From positions 10,168,001 through 10,232,000 of the forward strand of contig CM120645.1 in assembly GCA_051362555.1 (NCBI GenBank): a stretch of 64,000 nt of DNA, read 5' to 3'. The stretch comes from Lingula anatina (taxonomy: Eukaryota; Animalia; Brachiopoda). Of this stretch, positions 1 through 14,500 are shown in pieces. Each line of letters opens with the position of its first letter. Position 1 is the stretch's first letter. The position numbers and the translations under genes were made by a program. The notes below the pieces were generated by a model, which saw only the letters and a program-made list of their open reading frames with translations, had not been told where the DNA came from and did no database searches.

Positions 1-317
1 CTCTAACTTGAAAAAATACTATAAAGAACAAATGCAGTATCAAATTATGTTTAAAACTGGTTGCTGTAGTCCATGTTTATTGTAATGCCCCTCTGTCAAA
101 AGAAATGTACTTCCACCAGCAGTGTAGCAGTTATCAATGAAAAACACTGAGTAGTGCGAAATTATTACAAGCAACATGCAATTATTGCAAAGGGGTTGGT
201 CAAAAGCAAAGTTAAAACTTAGATATCCAAACAGTTCTCAATACTAACAGCATGGTACGAATCTCATAATGCTGACAGTTTTATGGTCTTACCATAAAGT
301 TCACCAAAAAAAAAAAA

Positions 318-351
<34 letters not shown>

Positions 352-544
352 TGATAATAAAATAAAATAAATAATAAAATAAAATAAATAAAAAAATATA
401 TATGGAACAGTAAAACAAATGCTTCAGTTAAGTAAAATTTGACAATAGTGGTACATGTAGATTCTTTTTTTTTCTTTCTGTATGCAACATTGAAATATCA
501 TTGCTGCCAATTTCTTATACAGGCCAACCCAACTACCAGACTAC

Positions 545-713
545 TAATTTGTTTTCGCCCCCGACGAGGCCTCAGGGCCGAAACGGCCGTAGGGCTTTTT
601 TTTAAATAAAATGGAGAGAGGAAGCTAAGTTATTCACATCCTTGATTATACCAGCTCCCCACGGGCCGCCGCCATGGGTGGAGCACTTTTTCACGGTGAA
701 CTGACTTAATTCT

Positions 714-717
<4 letters not shown>
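545..717 (+). mobile_element. Probable Penelope-like element terminal repeat (pLTR) remnant
   Basis: GC-rich island in AT-rich DNA containing the hammerhead motif, followed by AATAAA and abutting a (TA)n tract. Confidence 0.5.
557..595 (+). ncRNA. Minimal type I hammerhead ribozyme motif (Penelope-like element type) with a U4C core change
   Basis: GCCC(557-560) CCGACGA GGCC-tcag-GGCC GAAA CGGCCG TA GGGC(592-595): stem I, core, stem II, GAAA, palindromic stem III, GUA cleavage triplet. The core reads CCGACGA rather than CUGANGA. Confidence 0.7.

Positions 718-774
<57 letters not shown>
718..774. repeat. (TA)n microsatellite
   Basis: Uninterrupted TA dinucleotide run. Confidence 0.95.
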
Positions 775-777
<3 letters not shown>

Positions 778-2451
778 ATTACAAAACAATACATAGTTTC
801 CCTTAAAAATGTTTAAAAGATCTAAAACAGTATTATAGTCATTTGATATATGCTAATTATAAAAAACACAGTTATAGTGCTGCTAGACCTTCATTATGCA
901 CTGAAACTGATTCTAAAAACTGAGAAGTCTGCAAAATGAATTAACTTAGAAATGGAAAATGTTGATACATGCAAACAGACCAATGCAAAAAATTGAAAAA
1001 TTGAAATTTTTAAGTTTTTCAAAAAACATTGAATTAATCTTGTTCTCAGAAGTTTGTGAGATGGGTTAATTTAATTATAATCCTTGCTAGCTTCTAGAGT
1101 GATTTATGTATGTTAAATGCATGTATAAATAAATATATATTTTAATTTACATGACTCATACAGGTTTAAATATGTATGAACAATGTTATGTAAGTACTAT
1201 ATGCAAGATACATAAAATTCAATGTCTTTGTTTACTATAGTTTCAATCAAATTTATAAAAGAAAAACTCATTGAGAAAGAACAACAAAATTGGCCCTAAA
1301 ATATAAAATATCCAACTAACATATGGCAATTAAATAAAAGCTGCTGATCTATGCATCTATATATATATACTGACTCTACCATGGGGAAAATTGTTAATTT
1401 AACTGATAGTGCTTCATCAAGCCATACATTCTTAAAATTGCCACTTTCCTGCTACATTCATGTGTATATATACGTACCATTTAAGTGCATGATAGCCATA
1501 TGCTATATAGCTGTATATATATTTGATTCTGATTCCATATACATATTTTGTTTGTTATAGTGATTTCCATTCTAATGACTCATTTCTTAGAACTTCTAGT
1601 CCATTTGTCAGTAAAGAACAACAAAAATCTCAGAACAGAACAGTCCAATTCTTCATATTCTTCATCTTGTAGCTGTTCATGAAAGCTTATAGATATATAT
1701 ATATACCTAAATTCTCAAATGTACTTTGTCAAGTTTCTCGTTGTCTTACCACTTCTAGATTCAAAGACATTTCATCACCAGTTTGTTGTTAACATACACA
1801 AATAAATTAAATGTTGAAGTACTTTGGATGATACCTTATTTTCCTGACTTTGTGGATTGTTCTTTGCAAATAAAACTAGCAGACGACCATTTTTGATGAA
1901 ATGGAACTACTTTTCACAGGAAGTAGTGTATTCATACGCAACAGTACATGTGACCTTGGGTATGGAATACAAAAAAATAGTACATGCATTCATACTGTCA
2001 CAGCATGCAAATTATAATGAAATATACAAAACTAAACACATTTTTATGTAACACAAAAAGTTAAATGCATTTTTATTTATTTATATTATTATTATTATTA
2101 TTATTATACTGGATAAAAACGTTGATGAAATGGTTTGGACCACCTTTTTGGAACTTTTAAACTGCATGCTGATGGACCCACATATACACACTAAATATAG
2201 ATGAGAAAGAATATATCACCATGAACAATTATAATGCCTAATATGTATGAACTACAGGTTCAATTCCAAATGTTATTCTTAAAAACCATATAAATAAAAA
2301 CAATTTCTTAGAATGCTTGAAAGTGAAAATTTCTGAGTATGATTTATTTCAAACAGAACAACTTTATGGCTGTTGACACTGCTGGATAGTAGATTATATA
2401 GCCAAAATAAACCATAAAGCATCCTGCGATAGGAATAAATAACAAATCATA

Positions 2452-4781
2452 AACTAGAGGATCAGAGAGGCGATACCGCCTCCGAATATTGTACCACCAG
2501 CTGGAGCAAGCGCATTCGTATAGACCCCCACATACACAAAATAAGGGTCACAGCCACCAGTCTTCTGCTTGACAAGCTGTAAAAATGCAATCAACAAGAA
2601 TTTTCAAAATATGCAAAAAATATATATGCCTAAAAATGGTACAATCAAAGTTAAGTTCATCGTAAGGTAGGTCAAAAGTCAATTTCAAGGTCACAGTAAA
2701 TTGCCAGTATATGACTTCCTATTCAACTTCAACAGTAACTATGGACCTATCTCTGCCAGTTTTGGAGATAAAAGGGAAGCAAAATTTGCAAAGTTCAGTT
2801 CATGGTGAAAAGTAGGTCAAAGGTCAATTTCAAGGTCACAGTAAGATTGTCAGTATATGACTTCCTATTCAACTTCAATAGTAACTATGGACCTATCTCT
2901 GCCAGTTTTGGAGATATAAAGGACTTAATGTTATAATTTTGGAGTTACCATAATGTGCCATAAATTTCCTACAGAAGAAATTAATTAAAATAAAGAAAAG
3001 GTCATTTTGGTCAAAATTCTTGAAATGGGAGGTGCTCCGAAGTTCCAGATGTTCAAATTTGATGAAATAATGTCATTTTTGACCACAAGTTGTCTGCTTT
3101 GCCAAGCCTTATGTTTTATTTTTCCGGAGTTCAAAATTTATTATCCATTACCGTACTACACATTTTGCTTTCACCACCAATACGTACTTTTTGATACAAC
3201 GTAACTTTGGAGATAAAAGTCAAGCAAAATTTGCAAAGTTCAGTTCATGGTGAAAAGTAGGTCAAAGGTCAATTTTAAGGTCACATTTAGATTGCCAGTA
3301 TATGACTTCCTATTCAACTTCAATAGTAACTATGGACCTATCTCTGCCAGTTTTGGAGATAAAAGGGAAGCAAAATTTGCAAAGTTCAGTTCATGGTGAA
3401 AAGTAGGTCAAAGGTCAATTTTAAGGTCACATTTAGATTGCCAGTATATGACTTCCTATTCAACTTCAATAGTAACTATGGACCTATCTCTGCCAGTTTT
3501 GGAGATAAAAGGGAAGCAAAATTTGCAAAGTTCAGTTCATGGTGAAAAGTAGGTCAAAGGTCAATTTTAAGGTCACATTTAGATTGCCAGTATATGACTT
3601 CCTATTCAACTTCAATAGTAACTATGGACCTATCTCTGCCAGTTTTGGAGATAAAAGGGAAGCAAAATTTGCAAAGTTCAGTTCATGGTGAAAAGTAGGT
3701 CAAAGGTCAATTTCAAGGTCACAGTAAGATTGTCAGTATATGACTTCCTATTCAACTTCAATAGTAACTATGGACCTATCTCTGCCAGTTTTGGAGATAT
3801 AAAGGACTTAATGTTATAATTTTGGAGTTACCATAATGTGCCATAAATTTCCAACAGAAAAAATTAATTAAAATAAACAAAAGGTCATTTTGGTCAAAAT
3901 TCTTGAAATGGGAGGTGCTCTGAAGTTCCAGATGTTCAAATTTGATGAAATAATGTCATTTTTGACCACAAGTTGTCTGCTTTGCCAAGCCTTATGTTTT
4001 ATTTTTCCGGAGTTCAAAATTTATTATCCGTTACCGTACTGCACATTTTGCTTTCACCACCAATATGTACTTTTTGATACAGTGTAACTCAAAAACCGTA
4101 TGGAATACAAAAAAAACGAGACCACTTCCAGTGTTGGGCTTTACATGCTCTACAAATTGCAAAAAAGAATGGGTCTCTAGCATTAACGGTTCCCCAATTA
4201 GAGACAGTTTTCAGTTTCGGTATCTTATGGCCGCTACTCCCGTGAAAATGCACCGATTGACCCCAAATTCACGGAGATGAAAGATGACCTGAAAGGTAAC
4301 ACTTTCCAATAATATTATTGGTTAAGTCTGTGTGGTGTCTGAATAACAGGGCAAATAATTTTTTTTTCGTAAAAAAATTCATTTTTTTGAAAATTTTGGC
4401 CCGTTTGACCTTGAAATAAAGGTCAAAGGTCAAATCCAAGGGCATATTTGAAATCTACACATATGACTTTTGGAAAGCCGTCTGTAGAAATTTTTCCCAT
4501 AATTCCTTCCGTAGGGTAGATAATTAGCATTTAATTTTGCCATTTTTAGACAAGGGTGCATTGCAATGAGTGCCACACCTAGACCCCAAAACCGACAAAG
4601 CCCAAATTTTATGTGGAACGAGTTGAGATTATAGGTGACCTAAATCCAAGAGATGGGTACGGGGGCCCTTACCGTCTAGGAGGAGAAGCGGTAACGGTAG
4701 CCGTCCGGCGGAGCCGGCGGAACGATCCGGACGGGACTAAAACCATGTGTACCGCCAGCGCTAACGCTGGTGGTACAATAA
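2452..4781 (-). mobile_element. Non-autonomous Helentron-associated element (HINE/DINE-1-like) with internal tandem repeats
   Basis: Subterminal inverted repeats ATTGTACCACCAGC (2488-2501) and GCTGGTGGTACAAT (4766-4779). Short hairpin GAGGCG-atac-CGCCTC (2467-2482). Longer hairpin TGTACCGCCAGCG-ctaa-CGCTGGTGGTACA (4748-4777). A-rich flanks, no TSD. Confidence 0.75.
2645..4090. repeat. 146-bp tandem repeat array with an 883-bp higher-order duplication, inside the HINE
   Basis: CAGTTCATGGTGAAAAG recurs at 3241, 3387, 3533 and 3679 (period 146). The spacer block is duplicated at 3007 and 3890 (offset 883). Confidence 0.9.
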
Positions 4782-4852
4782 ACATCAATGCTGTCATATC
4801 ATACATAATACAAGAAAAGTGTACGTCTACATGCAAATGAACAGTGTGTATA

Positions 4853-5298
4853 TTTTGCCAGAGTGTAGCCGCTAGCAGCTAGCTTCCGGCAACCCTGTGG
4901 CTTACCTCCGGCAACATGCTCTGTATATAGCCGCAGATAACCCGCTAGCTGCTTCCCTGTGGCAACATCCAGGGCATGTTGCCAGAATGTAGCCGCTAGC
5001 GGCTAGCTTCCGGCAACCCTGTGGCTTACCTCCGGCAACATGCTCTATATGTAGCCGCAGATAAACTGCTAGAGGCTACCTTGTGGCAACATCCAGGGCA
5101 TGTTGCCAGAATGTAGCCTCTAACGGCTAGGTTCCGGCAACCCTGCGGCTTACCTCCGGCAACATGCACTGTATATAGCCGCAGACAAGCCGCTAGCGGC
5201 TAACCTGTGGGGATACTTTCCGGCAACATTTTTATATTGCCGGAGTACTCCTGCTATACTCCGGGAGTACTCCGGCAACATTTTACGTTCTGTAAGGG
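4853..5298. repeat. 124-bp GC-rich tandem repeat, probably the subterminal region and right end (GGG|TA) of a truncated CACTA/EnSpm-like element
   Basis: GA(G/A)TGTAGCC recurs at 4861, 4985 and 5109. The array ends in ...GTAAGGG-TA, like the element at 11299-14723. No left end found. Confidence 0.55.
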
Positions 5299-6133
5299 TA
5301 CATGTACTAGTAGGCCTATTTCCGATCGTTGTTGTGTTGCAAAAAAGTATGTCAACTTGCCACCGATAGTACACTACTAGTACAATGCTGCTATAGGCAC
5401 AATACGGGTTTTTAAATTCAATTTAAATATTTTATTGTGTTTTAAGATCCAAATGTAATTGGTTTGACATAAAAAACAGTTTAGTCCGCAAACTGGTGAC
5501 AGAGATTACTCTAAATGGTTAAAATATGTTACACTTCGTGTATAAAATCACAGGTGAAATGTCTAGTATTGTGTTTTTATGTTTAATAGTCAAAACATAA
5601 TTTTTCCAGATTGGAATATAATTTGTTATTGCCATAGTAATTATCTATTGAAATTCCTTGTCTTCATTTATCTACTTTTTTTGTGTTTGACAATCTTATT
5701 CCCTCCTATATAAATTGTTTTCCATTTATGTCCATATAATTTTTGAAAATTTTTTTACATACTAGTCAACACAAAGTTTATCCATATCAATTTTAATTTA
5801 TTGTTTATCTTGGTGATTTTTTGTTCATATATCTACCTTTAGGTTTAATCATGTTTATAATCCTTTGTTTTAACGGTTTTTGTTAGAAAAAAAAATCAAA
5901 ATGCACACTTTTGTCCATATCATTTTGAAGTTGTATGACTATTAGTGTGTTTGTTGTTATATGTTGAATACACTTATACAAAAGCTGTTTTTTTTTTTTT
6001 GTTTTTTTTTTTGTATTCTTCAGTTCCTGTAGATAGAATTCTATACTTTTAGTCTGGGATATAACAATTACAAATAAACAACCTCAATTCATATACAATC
6101 TATTTACATAATATATGGTTGTACGCATCATTA

Positions 6134-7627
6134 CTACGGTAATTCTCCAATCTATACGAACGCCGCAATAATTACGAACGAAACGTTTTTTCTCTGAATC
6201 TGAATTTTTTGTCTCCGTTCTGTACGAACGATCGCTAAACTCACCTTGGGCACAATTTAAATTTTCCGAACGCAAGAAAGTGTGCCCGATTGAAACTCGC
6301 CCCATGATTCGTCAAAGCGAGTTTTCAGACCACCGTTCCAAACAAAGGAACTGCCACTTGACAGGAGAGATTGTTATCATGTATTTGTGCTGTTTTTGAA
6401 TGAGACGATAGGAGGACTCAACCTGCCCGCCGGCAGCTACAGGCCAGTAGTTTTAAAACCCTATTGTTATTGAGAAATTATTGACAGCATCATTACGCAT
6501 AAATTACTTACTGTTTATTATCATTTCTTAACTTCTGCCGGCCGACTGGATCATCAACATCCACCATCAGTGTTTCACCGATAACTGGTTTCTAGTAAAA
6601 TCTATAAACTTGAAACCCACGCACAACAGAAGAGTATGAGAAATCCATTGTCAATGATCGAGTTTTTCATTTGTTTTTGGTAGTTATCAGGAAATTAATT
6701 TTTTTAAGAGGAGTTCTGTCTTGTATTGTATTTATTTTTCTAATTGGAGTTGTGATAAAGTTAATGTACTTTTTTGTTTGTTTGTTTGTTTGTTTGTTTT
6801 TCCTTGTGAAAGACCTTGTCTCATGAACAACTATTAGGTAAACCTTACTGATATTAGTGATTGTGAAAAATAAAGGTGCCGTATGACCCTATACAAATTT
6901 GCCTGCAGTTTTCTGTATTTTTTCTAATTAAGTTTACATTGATTGCGTGCAAATTAATATGCTGTGTAAGACTTTCATAAATAGACTTGAATTGAGCTGA
7001 TGTTATTTTTTATATCAAGTATAATCTCTATTAACGTCAGTGATATCTACTGTGAGGAGTTTCAAGTATTTTGTTTTGGCGGGAGAAATTTATGTAGGCT
7101 TAATGGGGGGGGGTGTGACATTATTAATATTGCAAATTTTTTATATGTGAAATCATATTAAAAGTAAACACGCAATAAATAAAATATGCAACTGGATACG
7201 AAAATATTCATGTCTGTTTTTGACAGAAGTTGGGAAAAACGATGTTGTCCTGTCTTGGTAAAACATAACAGGGAAAAACGATGTTGTCTTGTCTTGGGAG
7301 AAATGTACCTCTTTAGTATGAAGAAATTGTTTTTTAACTTGAATTCCCGACTTTTGTTTAGTTTGTTTTAATTCATTGCAATATCGCAAGACTAATTTGT
7401 TTGTGCTTTTAGCTGATCACAGTGATTTAATCTGAAAGTAATGCTTACACTTAGCAATGAAGGTAAGTGGAAATAACTTCAGGTACAGCCGTATTCCATC
7501 CGTATTTCAATGGATACGAACGCGTGGCAATTTTTAGCAGACTGAATTTCAAGCCTTACGAACAAAATGATTATCTTCCAAAAATAATTAATTTAAATCG
7601 TTCGTATAGATTGGAGAATTACCGTAG
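6134..7627. mobile_element. Non-autonomous DNA transposon with perfect ~29-bp TIRs
   Basis: CTACGGTAATTCTCCAATCTATACGAACG at 6134-6162 and its exact reverse complement ending at 7627, flanked by TTA on both sides (6131-6133, 7628-7630). An alternative reading is a TA TSD with CGGT termini. No transposase ORF. Confidence 0.85.
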
Positions 7628-8516
7628 TTAAAATTACCCATTCCAAAAAGGCGGGAAAATTTTGACTCCTGAAAATAAAAAATGACTCGTAATCTGCAGT
7701 GTCAGCGAGTCATCTGACTCTCTAGTTCCAAATTGTAAATAAAACACTGATTGAGGTCCAATATTCTGGTGAATTCAGGATCACTAGGTGCCGAGGTTGG
7801 TAGTTGGATAGGCCTGTGGTTTAGTAAAGCTGCAGCTACAGCTTAATTGTTTAGAAAACCAGCATAAGTACCTTAGTTAAAAATTTAAAAAATGACTGAT
7901 GGTTCTATATAGCACCAGAAAATATTTGTTCAAATACCATTTTTGGGAAATACGAAATGATACCCTTTGCTATTTCTTTAAGTAAAGCTATCAAAAACTA
8001 TATGAGGGGGGCAAAGTTTTGTGAAAAAAAATTGAAATGCATCTTTAAAGGTTTTTATCATCTACTTACCAGCATTATTCAAGTTGCATTTGCAACATAA
8101 TGTACCACTTGGTTTGTTGAAAGTGTCATTCTTGTCCCCAAAGATTTTCTGGGCAAAAAATAAATTGTCATTCATGAAAATGAAAAATAATTTTAAACAT
8201 GATAACTTGGTTATAATTATATATGTCATCAACAATTTTGCTCATAATAGCTGCATGTGAAATTAGTGTACAAGGGCTTGAGTGTCATGATAATTTTAAA
8301 CATCAAATAATAGTAAATAATTCATCAAAATTTGGGATATACTAGTAATTGTGTTTTATGTTGATCTGGATATGCATACAGTGAGAACAAAATGTGTCAT
8401 TTAAATACATCTTATCAACTTAAAAGATACAACATTTCAAATTACAAAATCATTTTTGTGCCTTCATTTTAAATGATACCAATCTCAGTATTTTAAATGA
8501 TGCCAATTATGTGACA

Positions 8517-11500
8517 TTATTGAGCAAAGGTCACCATTTTAATGAGACCCTGAAGGTCATCCAGGTTTATTCTGTCATCTATTGGTTTCACACATTCCAA
8601 GGCCAACTTAGCAAACTCAGTTGTACAATTGGATTCTCTTTCAGGACAGCCAGGCCAGACAGCAGGTAAGGCTTCCTGTGCCTTAATAAAAACCTACAAA
8701 GGCAAATAAAGTCCTATGAGTTCACTGTATAGAGGGCAAAGTTTAAAAAAAATATATATAATTTTATGACTAATGTCAACTTTGTCTTTTTACACAATCA
8801 AGAAAAAATACAACAAAAAATTCCTAACTTTTCCATTAATTGATCTTTATACACACACAAACACACCTTTTTGGTAACCTCGTCCACATGAACTTGAAAT
8901 TTTCCATCTTCAGTCCTGCACTCCTTCAAAAACTCTTCTTCTGCTCCCATCAACCTCCACATCACTAAAAAACCAATTAGAGAAAACTGCAACATGCAAG
9001 TCGTCTACACCCTTCCTTCCCTTTTCTAAAACAGATAACTTAGAGACCATTCAGAATTGAGGATCTTCTGATTCACGGATCAAATATAGCAGACCCTACA
9101 TGCAAAATATTTGCAAATGCTAGCACTGTAACTGATTTGTCAGCTTGAGCCTGAACTATGCTGTAACATTTAATTTCTTACCCACTCCAACACTGAAAAC
9201 ATCATATTCCTTGCGGTATTTTCCCTGAGAGGAAAGGAAATCTGGATCTTGGTAAATCTGATCGTGGTGATCAACAGAAGTAACCTCTGCAGTGGGGCCA
9301 TGAAATCTAAGGCGAGCATTCCAATCCTGATCCAACAAAATGTTGCTGGGCTTGATATTCATGTGGAGGATAGAATTCCTAAAAGGATATAAAATACTAA
9401 TCAGATGAATAACTTATTCATCTACTAAAAAAATAATGTCTTCAATTGTTAAGAATGCTGTAAATACATTGTTTGGGATTTTACCACACCAGAAAACAAC
9501 ATTTAAACTATATATTTTGTAAGATTTCACATTTTTTCATTTCTTTATTTAATCTTGTGGTTTAGTCTGGTACATAACACATTCACCTGAAAACCATGAA
9601 AATATATTCAGTGTAAAAATAAAATAATTCAATTCATTTTTTTTATTTTTTTCATTTTAATAAAATTAATAAATTTCATTTTTGGCAACTTCGCTACTAG
9701 AAAAAAATTTTAAGAAAATAATGGAAATGAAAAATACAACCAAAATATATCTGAAGGATTTATATTTTGTTTTGTTACCTAATTGTGACATTCTCCCTTT
9801 CAATTGGTGAATGAAGATATTGCAGGCCTCCACACACTTGGTACATAATGCGGCACCTGTGATGCCGTTCAAGTTTAGAGCTTTCATTTTTTAATACATG
9901 ATCCAAGTCTCTCCTTTCCATATTATATGGATACATCAAATAGATTTTTCTGAAAGTATTTTTTTAAACATCAGTAAAATCTCATATGAGCAGTTGTTAC
10001 CCCTTTAAGTAAGCAAACCAACCATACAAAGCCATAAAAATTAACTTTAAATTTTTTTTTTATTGTAAAACCTCCCTTGTTACAACTGATAATTATACTT
10101 TAATTCATACTCACTCCGGTGTGGCAGCAACTGCAAATAACGGCAACAGAAAGGGGTGTCTTATGTAACCAATAGTCCTTTCCTATTAAACATAAAAATG
10201 TTAAAACTCCAAAATAAAAATAAAATGATCTTAATTACAATTAAAGCTTATGTTTCTACACCAGACACCATTACAGACACAAGTTTGGAGTACTATACAT
10301 GTCTCAGAAAAAATACCACTACATTTCATATAATGATTTTCTTCTTCTGTTTTTATTTTATTCTAACTAACTTAAAGGTACATACATGCATATTCGTCTA
10401 AACAAAAGTTTAGCAAATGCAACAAAAGAAATCAGCTTTTATTCATTGCTTACTGTGCCATTGTATATACTGTATCTGACCCTATTCTCCTCCAAAAACC
10501 ACAAAATGTAATTTGATTTTACACTACGTCAGCAGCTTTTTCACTGGCCAACCATCCCAAGTATTTACAACCTGTGATAATCAAATAATACATGCACATG
10601 TGTTACTAAAGATTGATACCTTGATAAACTGAAGCTCATGTTCCTCTCCGGCTTTTTGGCAAACTTCAACTGCAATTTCTTTTTTTCTGTATTTTTTTAA
10701 ACCTGCAGTAAATTTTTTAAAAAATCTTAATTAAACTAAAATTAAATAAAACAAAAATTACTTCAGGACAAGTATCTGGATAATCTCTAAAAAAATTAGT
10801 CATTTTAAAAGACATCTTTCAGATATTAAAAAAAAAAAAAAGAATCTTCCAATTTCAATTGTGTACTAGCTAGTAATCACCTTCAAAAAAATCTCCATAT
10901 CTGCTCTTCCCCAAAGAATTGTTGCTACAGTATCGTTCCATCTCTGAGACACTCATGTACTCCAGCACTGGACCATCTGGTGGTTCAAGAGAACAAAGTT
11001 ACACAAATCAATAAAGTAAAAAAATAAATGCTCATCATTTCTCAGGCATGTCATGTTTTGTGTTAGTTGGTGGAAGTTAATATCATTACAAATCTCAGAG
11101 TCTAGCAATATTTCACTAGGTGTAAAAATCATGTGAAAACTATAAGCTTACAATAAATGATGGCATGCTTGTAGGATGACGTATTTTTCTGTTACCTGAT
11201 TCTCCAGCATCTGGCTCACTGAACCCTTGAGAAGATACTGCTGGTCTAATCAACACTGATGCCTCCAGACCTGGCAATATATGAAATTATACTAATTACC
11301 CAGCAGGCACACAACGTTGATTCAACGTTGAATCAACGTTGAGTCTCAACGTTGAATCAACGTTGAATTTATGTTTGAAAACGGAAGTTTGTGTCAACGT
11401 TGAAAAATCAACGTTGAATCAACGTTGAAAAGTCAACGTTGAATCAACGTTGGCAATTCAACGTTGAATCATGATTGATAGTTCAACGTTGTTTCAACAT

Positions 11501-14500
11501 TAGAAATCTCAATTACCGTTTATTATATGTTGATTTAGCATTGATTATATCTTGATTTAACATTAAATAAAAGTTGAGACAAATAGCATTTTCAATGTCT
11601 TTATTTTGTCACTACATAAAAGGAAAAATGCTGCTAATTTCAGTAGTTAAAATATACATAGTTTACAACATAGCAATAATAAATAAAAAACTAAGAACAA
11701 CACTTTTTTTTTTTACAAAACAAAGCTGCACATCGAATCTGAACTAACACAAAAATTGTAATGATGCATGTACATGGGGGGGGGGAGAGATTTTTGCACA
11801 CCTTAACCTAAATTATACTATACATTGTCATTTTTAAAGTAAATTATAATTCAAACATATCATTAATAATCATAATCACTAGTTCTGTAATAAATAAATC
11901 TTGAATAATGAATGAAAAAACATTGTTTTTTAGAAGACAGAGAGTTCATTATAACAAAATTATAAATAACCATGCAGTAACTGTTTCAATTAAACTTGCA
12001 TGCTGTCAGTGTCTACATACATGCAAACTCTGAAAAAAGAATCATGTATACCCCATAGATATAGATGTACAATAAAAAGACAATTACATGTGCACAAACA
12101 CAAACCCCAGTATATTGTTGATGCTTTTGAATGAAATTGCATCATGAATAATATCACTCAATGAGTTGAACCAGTTTGGAACACTTGTGCTTTTTTCATA
12201 TCCATATCACTAAGAAATGATACATCAGACTCCTTGACAAGCTAATAATAATTAAAGGAATTAACAATGCAACAAGTACATCTACCAAATTAACAACAGC
12301 TCATTTAAATGTCAGGTAAAAACACAACATCCCTTCCTTTGTTAAAGAGAATTAAACTGTCCTTTCAAATATATGCTAATTGACAGTTCAGTCTTTAAAT
12401 TGTCTTTTCAAACATTTGCAGAATAACATATGAACTCCAACTATAATTATTCTAACCACATTGAAAATTCTCAAATCTAATCAACTCATATCAAACCCCA
12501 TGTCCCTTTCACTACTACAAATTCCACATGGTCTCTTTCTTTGCCTGCCTTTAAGTCACATTCAAATGCTCCCTTCACTTTAAAGGTTTCTCAGACGTGT
12601 CTGAATAATACTGTTTGTTTTGTGGTCCTCCACAAGAGCCTGAGACACATTTTTTTTTCTTGGATTGCAGAATTCCCCATGTATTTTCATCAGTGATATT
12701 ACAATATGCGCCTGAATCTGGTAATACAGCTAGTACACTGAGATTAATGCCGCCTATCTCTATTTCCATCAAGTCTCAGTGTATATTGCATTGGTTACCC
12801 CACACCAAATGTATATGCACTCCTGGATTATCATGTTCATAACTGTCATATACATGAATCTTAGTTTCAGTTTTGCAGACTTGTTGCACGTTCCATGTTT
12901 TCTCAGTCGGGGTGGCTTCTACTTCGTTTTTTCATGTCTGAACTCGTGGTGTTTAGACTGAGTTGGTTTGTCAAATGACTTCGGTTTTTAACATACTCAC
13001 AGTTTCTGGAGTTGCACTTTCATTTAAAGCGTTAACAGTCTATGTGTATCCATGTTTCACACCTGCAGTATGTTTGGGTGAGTCATGAAAATATCTTGTA
13101 CACATGTCCCCCTGAATGCTACATCAGCGCGCGTCTCTTCTGACATGTATTTTTTAATTTTCTGTCTTTGTTCATTATTTCTTTTCGTCCGTTGGTTCTG
13201 AAACGATCAAACCTTTTCCGTCAGCAAATGATTTATCTCTCTCTTTCTCATCCTGCAAACTGTCTAGCCAGCGTGGCCCGTATTTCTCCGGACTTCTGTA
13301 CGCTTCGAATTTCGTAATTTCACGTTTTTCCTCCATTTTCTCAAAGAAAGTTGGCTCGCAGTTTTGCACTAAAGTTAATCCTCGTCTCCAGTGTTGATGC
13401 CTTCGAATTATATCGCATCACAAATCGAATCAATCAACGAATTGTATCAGTTTGATACGCCTGTGCTTCTTCGTATCCACAAGCGTATCAGTTTGATACG
13501 CCTGTGCTTCTTCGTATCCACAACTCTAAAAACGCTACATCCGGGTACTTGACCGGCTTGTCATAAAAAGCGGAATTTAAAAATAGCGGAACGAGTACTT
13601 AGCTCTAAAAAGTTAACAGTTCATTCAAATGTCAAGTCCAATTTATATCAAATTGTGCAAATATGATGAGGGGACTTTGAAGAAAAGAGAGAAAGAGAGG
13701 GATAAATCAAAATTGATCAAATGACGTTAGTTTGAAATGCATTCAGCTCACTTGTCAATAAAAAAAATAGACAAAAATTAAATAATTAAAATAATAAAAT
13801 AAATAAATAATAAAATAAATGACATCACCAAATATTGGCTTGATGGCAATATATATATATTGATTTTTCTGTGTAGGCTTCAAATAACTGTCACCTGCAG
13901 TCTGTCGTCGCGGTCGGCATGCATACTGTCTCAAGTTGAAATGCAAAAACTGAATCCATGTTGAATTAACATCTTTAACTAATTATATAAGTCACCTCCT
14001 GAATAGTCATTATGTTAACTTGAAATGCCAAAGTTGAATCAATGTTAAAACCTGACCAGAAAATCAATGTTGGGAGGAATAATTGAATCAATGTGAAAAA
14101 TTTACTCAAACATCAACATTCAAAAATGCAAGTTGAATAAGGTTGAAATAATGTAGGTTTATCAATTAACTCAATCTTTCTTCAAAGTTGAATCAATGTT
14201 GACCTGCCAACGTTGAATTTGTTGTCGTTGAATCAAAGTTGAATCAATGTTGAAATGCAAACGTTGAATTTGTAGTCGTTGAATCAACGTTGAATCAATG
14301 TTGAAAAGTCAACGTTGAATTTGTTGTCGTTGAATCAAAGTTGAATCAACGTTGAAATGCCAACGTTGAATTTGATGTCGTTGAATCAAAGTTGAATCAA
14401 CGTTGAAATGCCAACGTTGAATTTGTTGTCGTTGAATCAATGTTGAATCAACGTTGAAATGCCAACGTTGAATTTGTTGTCGTTGAATCAACGTTGAATC

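Noticed and set aside
3007-4087. Duplicated 65-aa ORFs (3007-3204, 3890-4087)
   Set aside because: Inside the HINE higher-order repeat, TTG starts, no recognisable domain.
520-7816. Inverted match CAGGCC.A.CCAACTACCA at 520 and 7816 as TIRs of one 7.3-kb element
   Set aside because: No target-site duplication; more likely ends of two independent MITE copies.
9040-9095. Possible extra kinase exon (GLLYLIRESEDPQF*)
   Set aside because: Stops in the usable frames; joining 9182 to 8964 gives the expected DVFSVGVVMWRL motif in frame.
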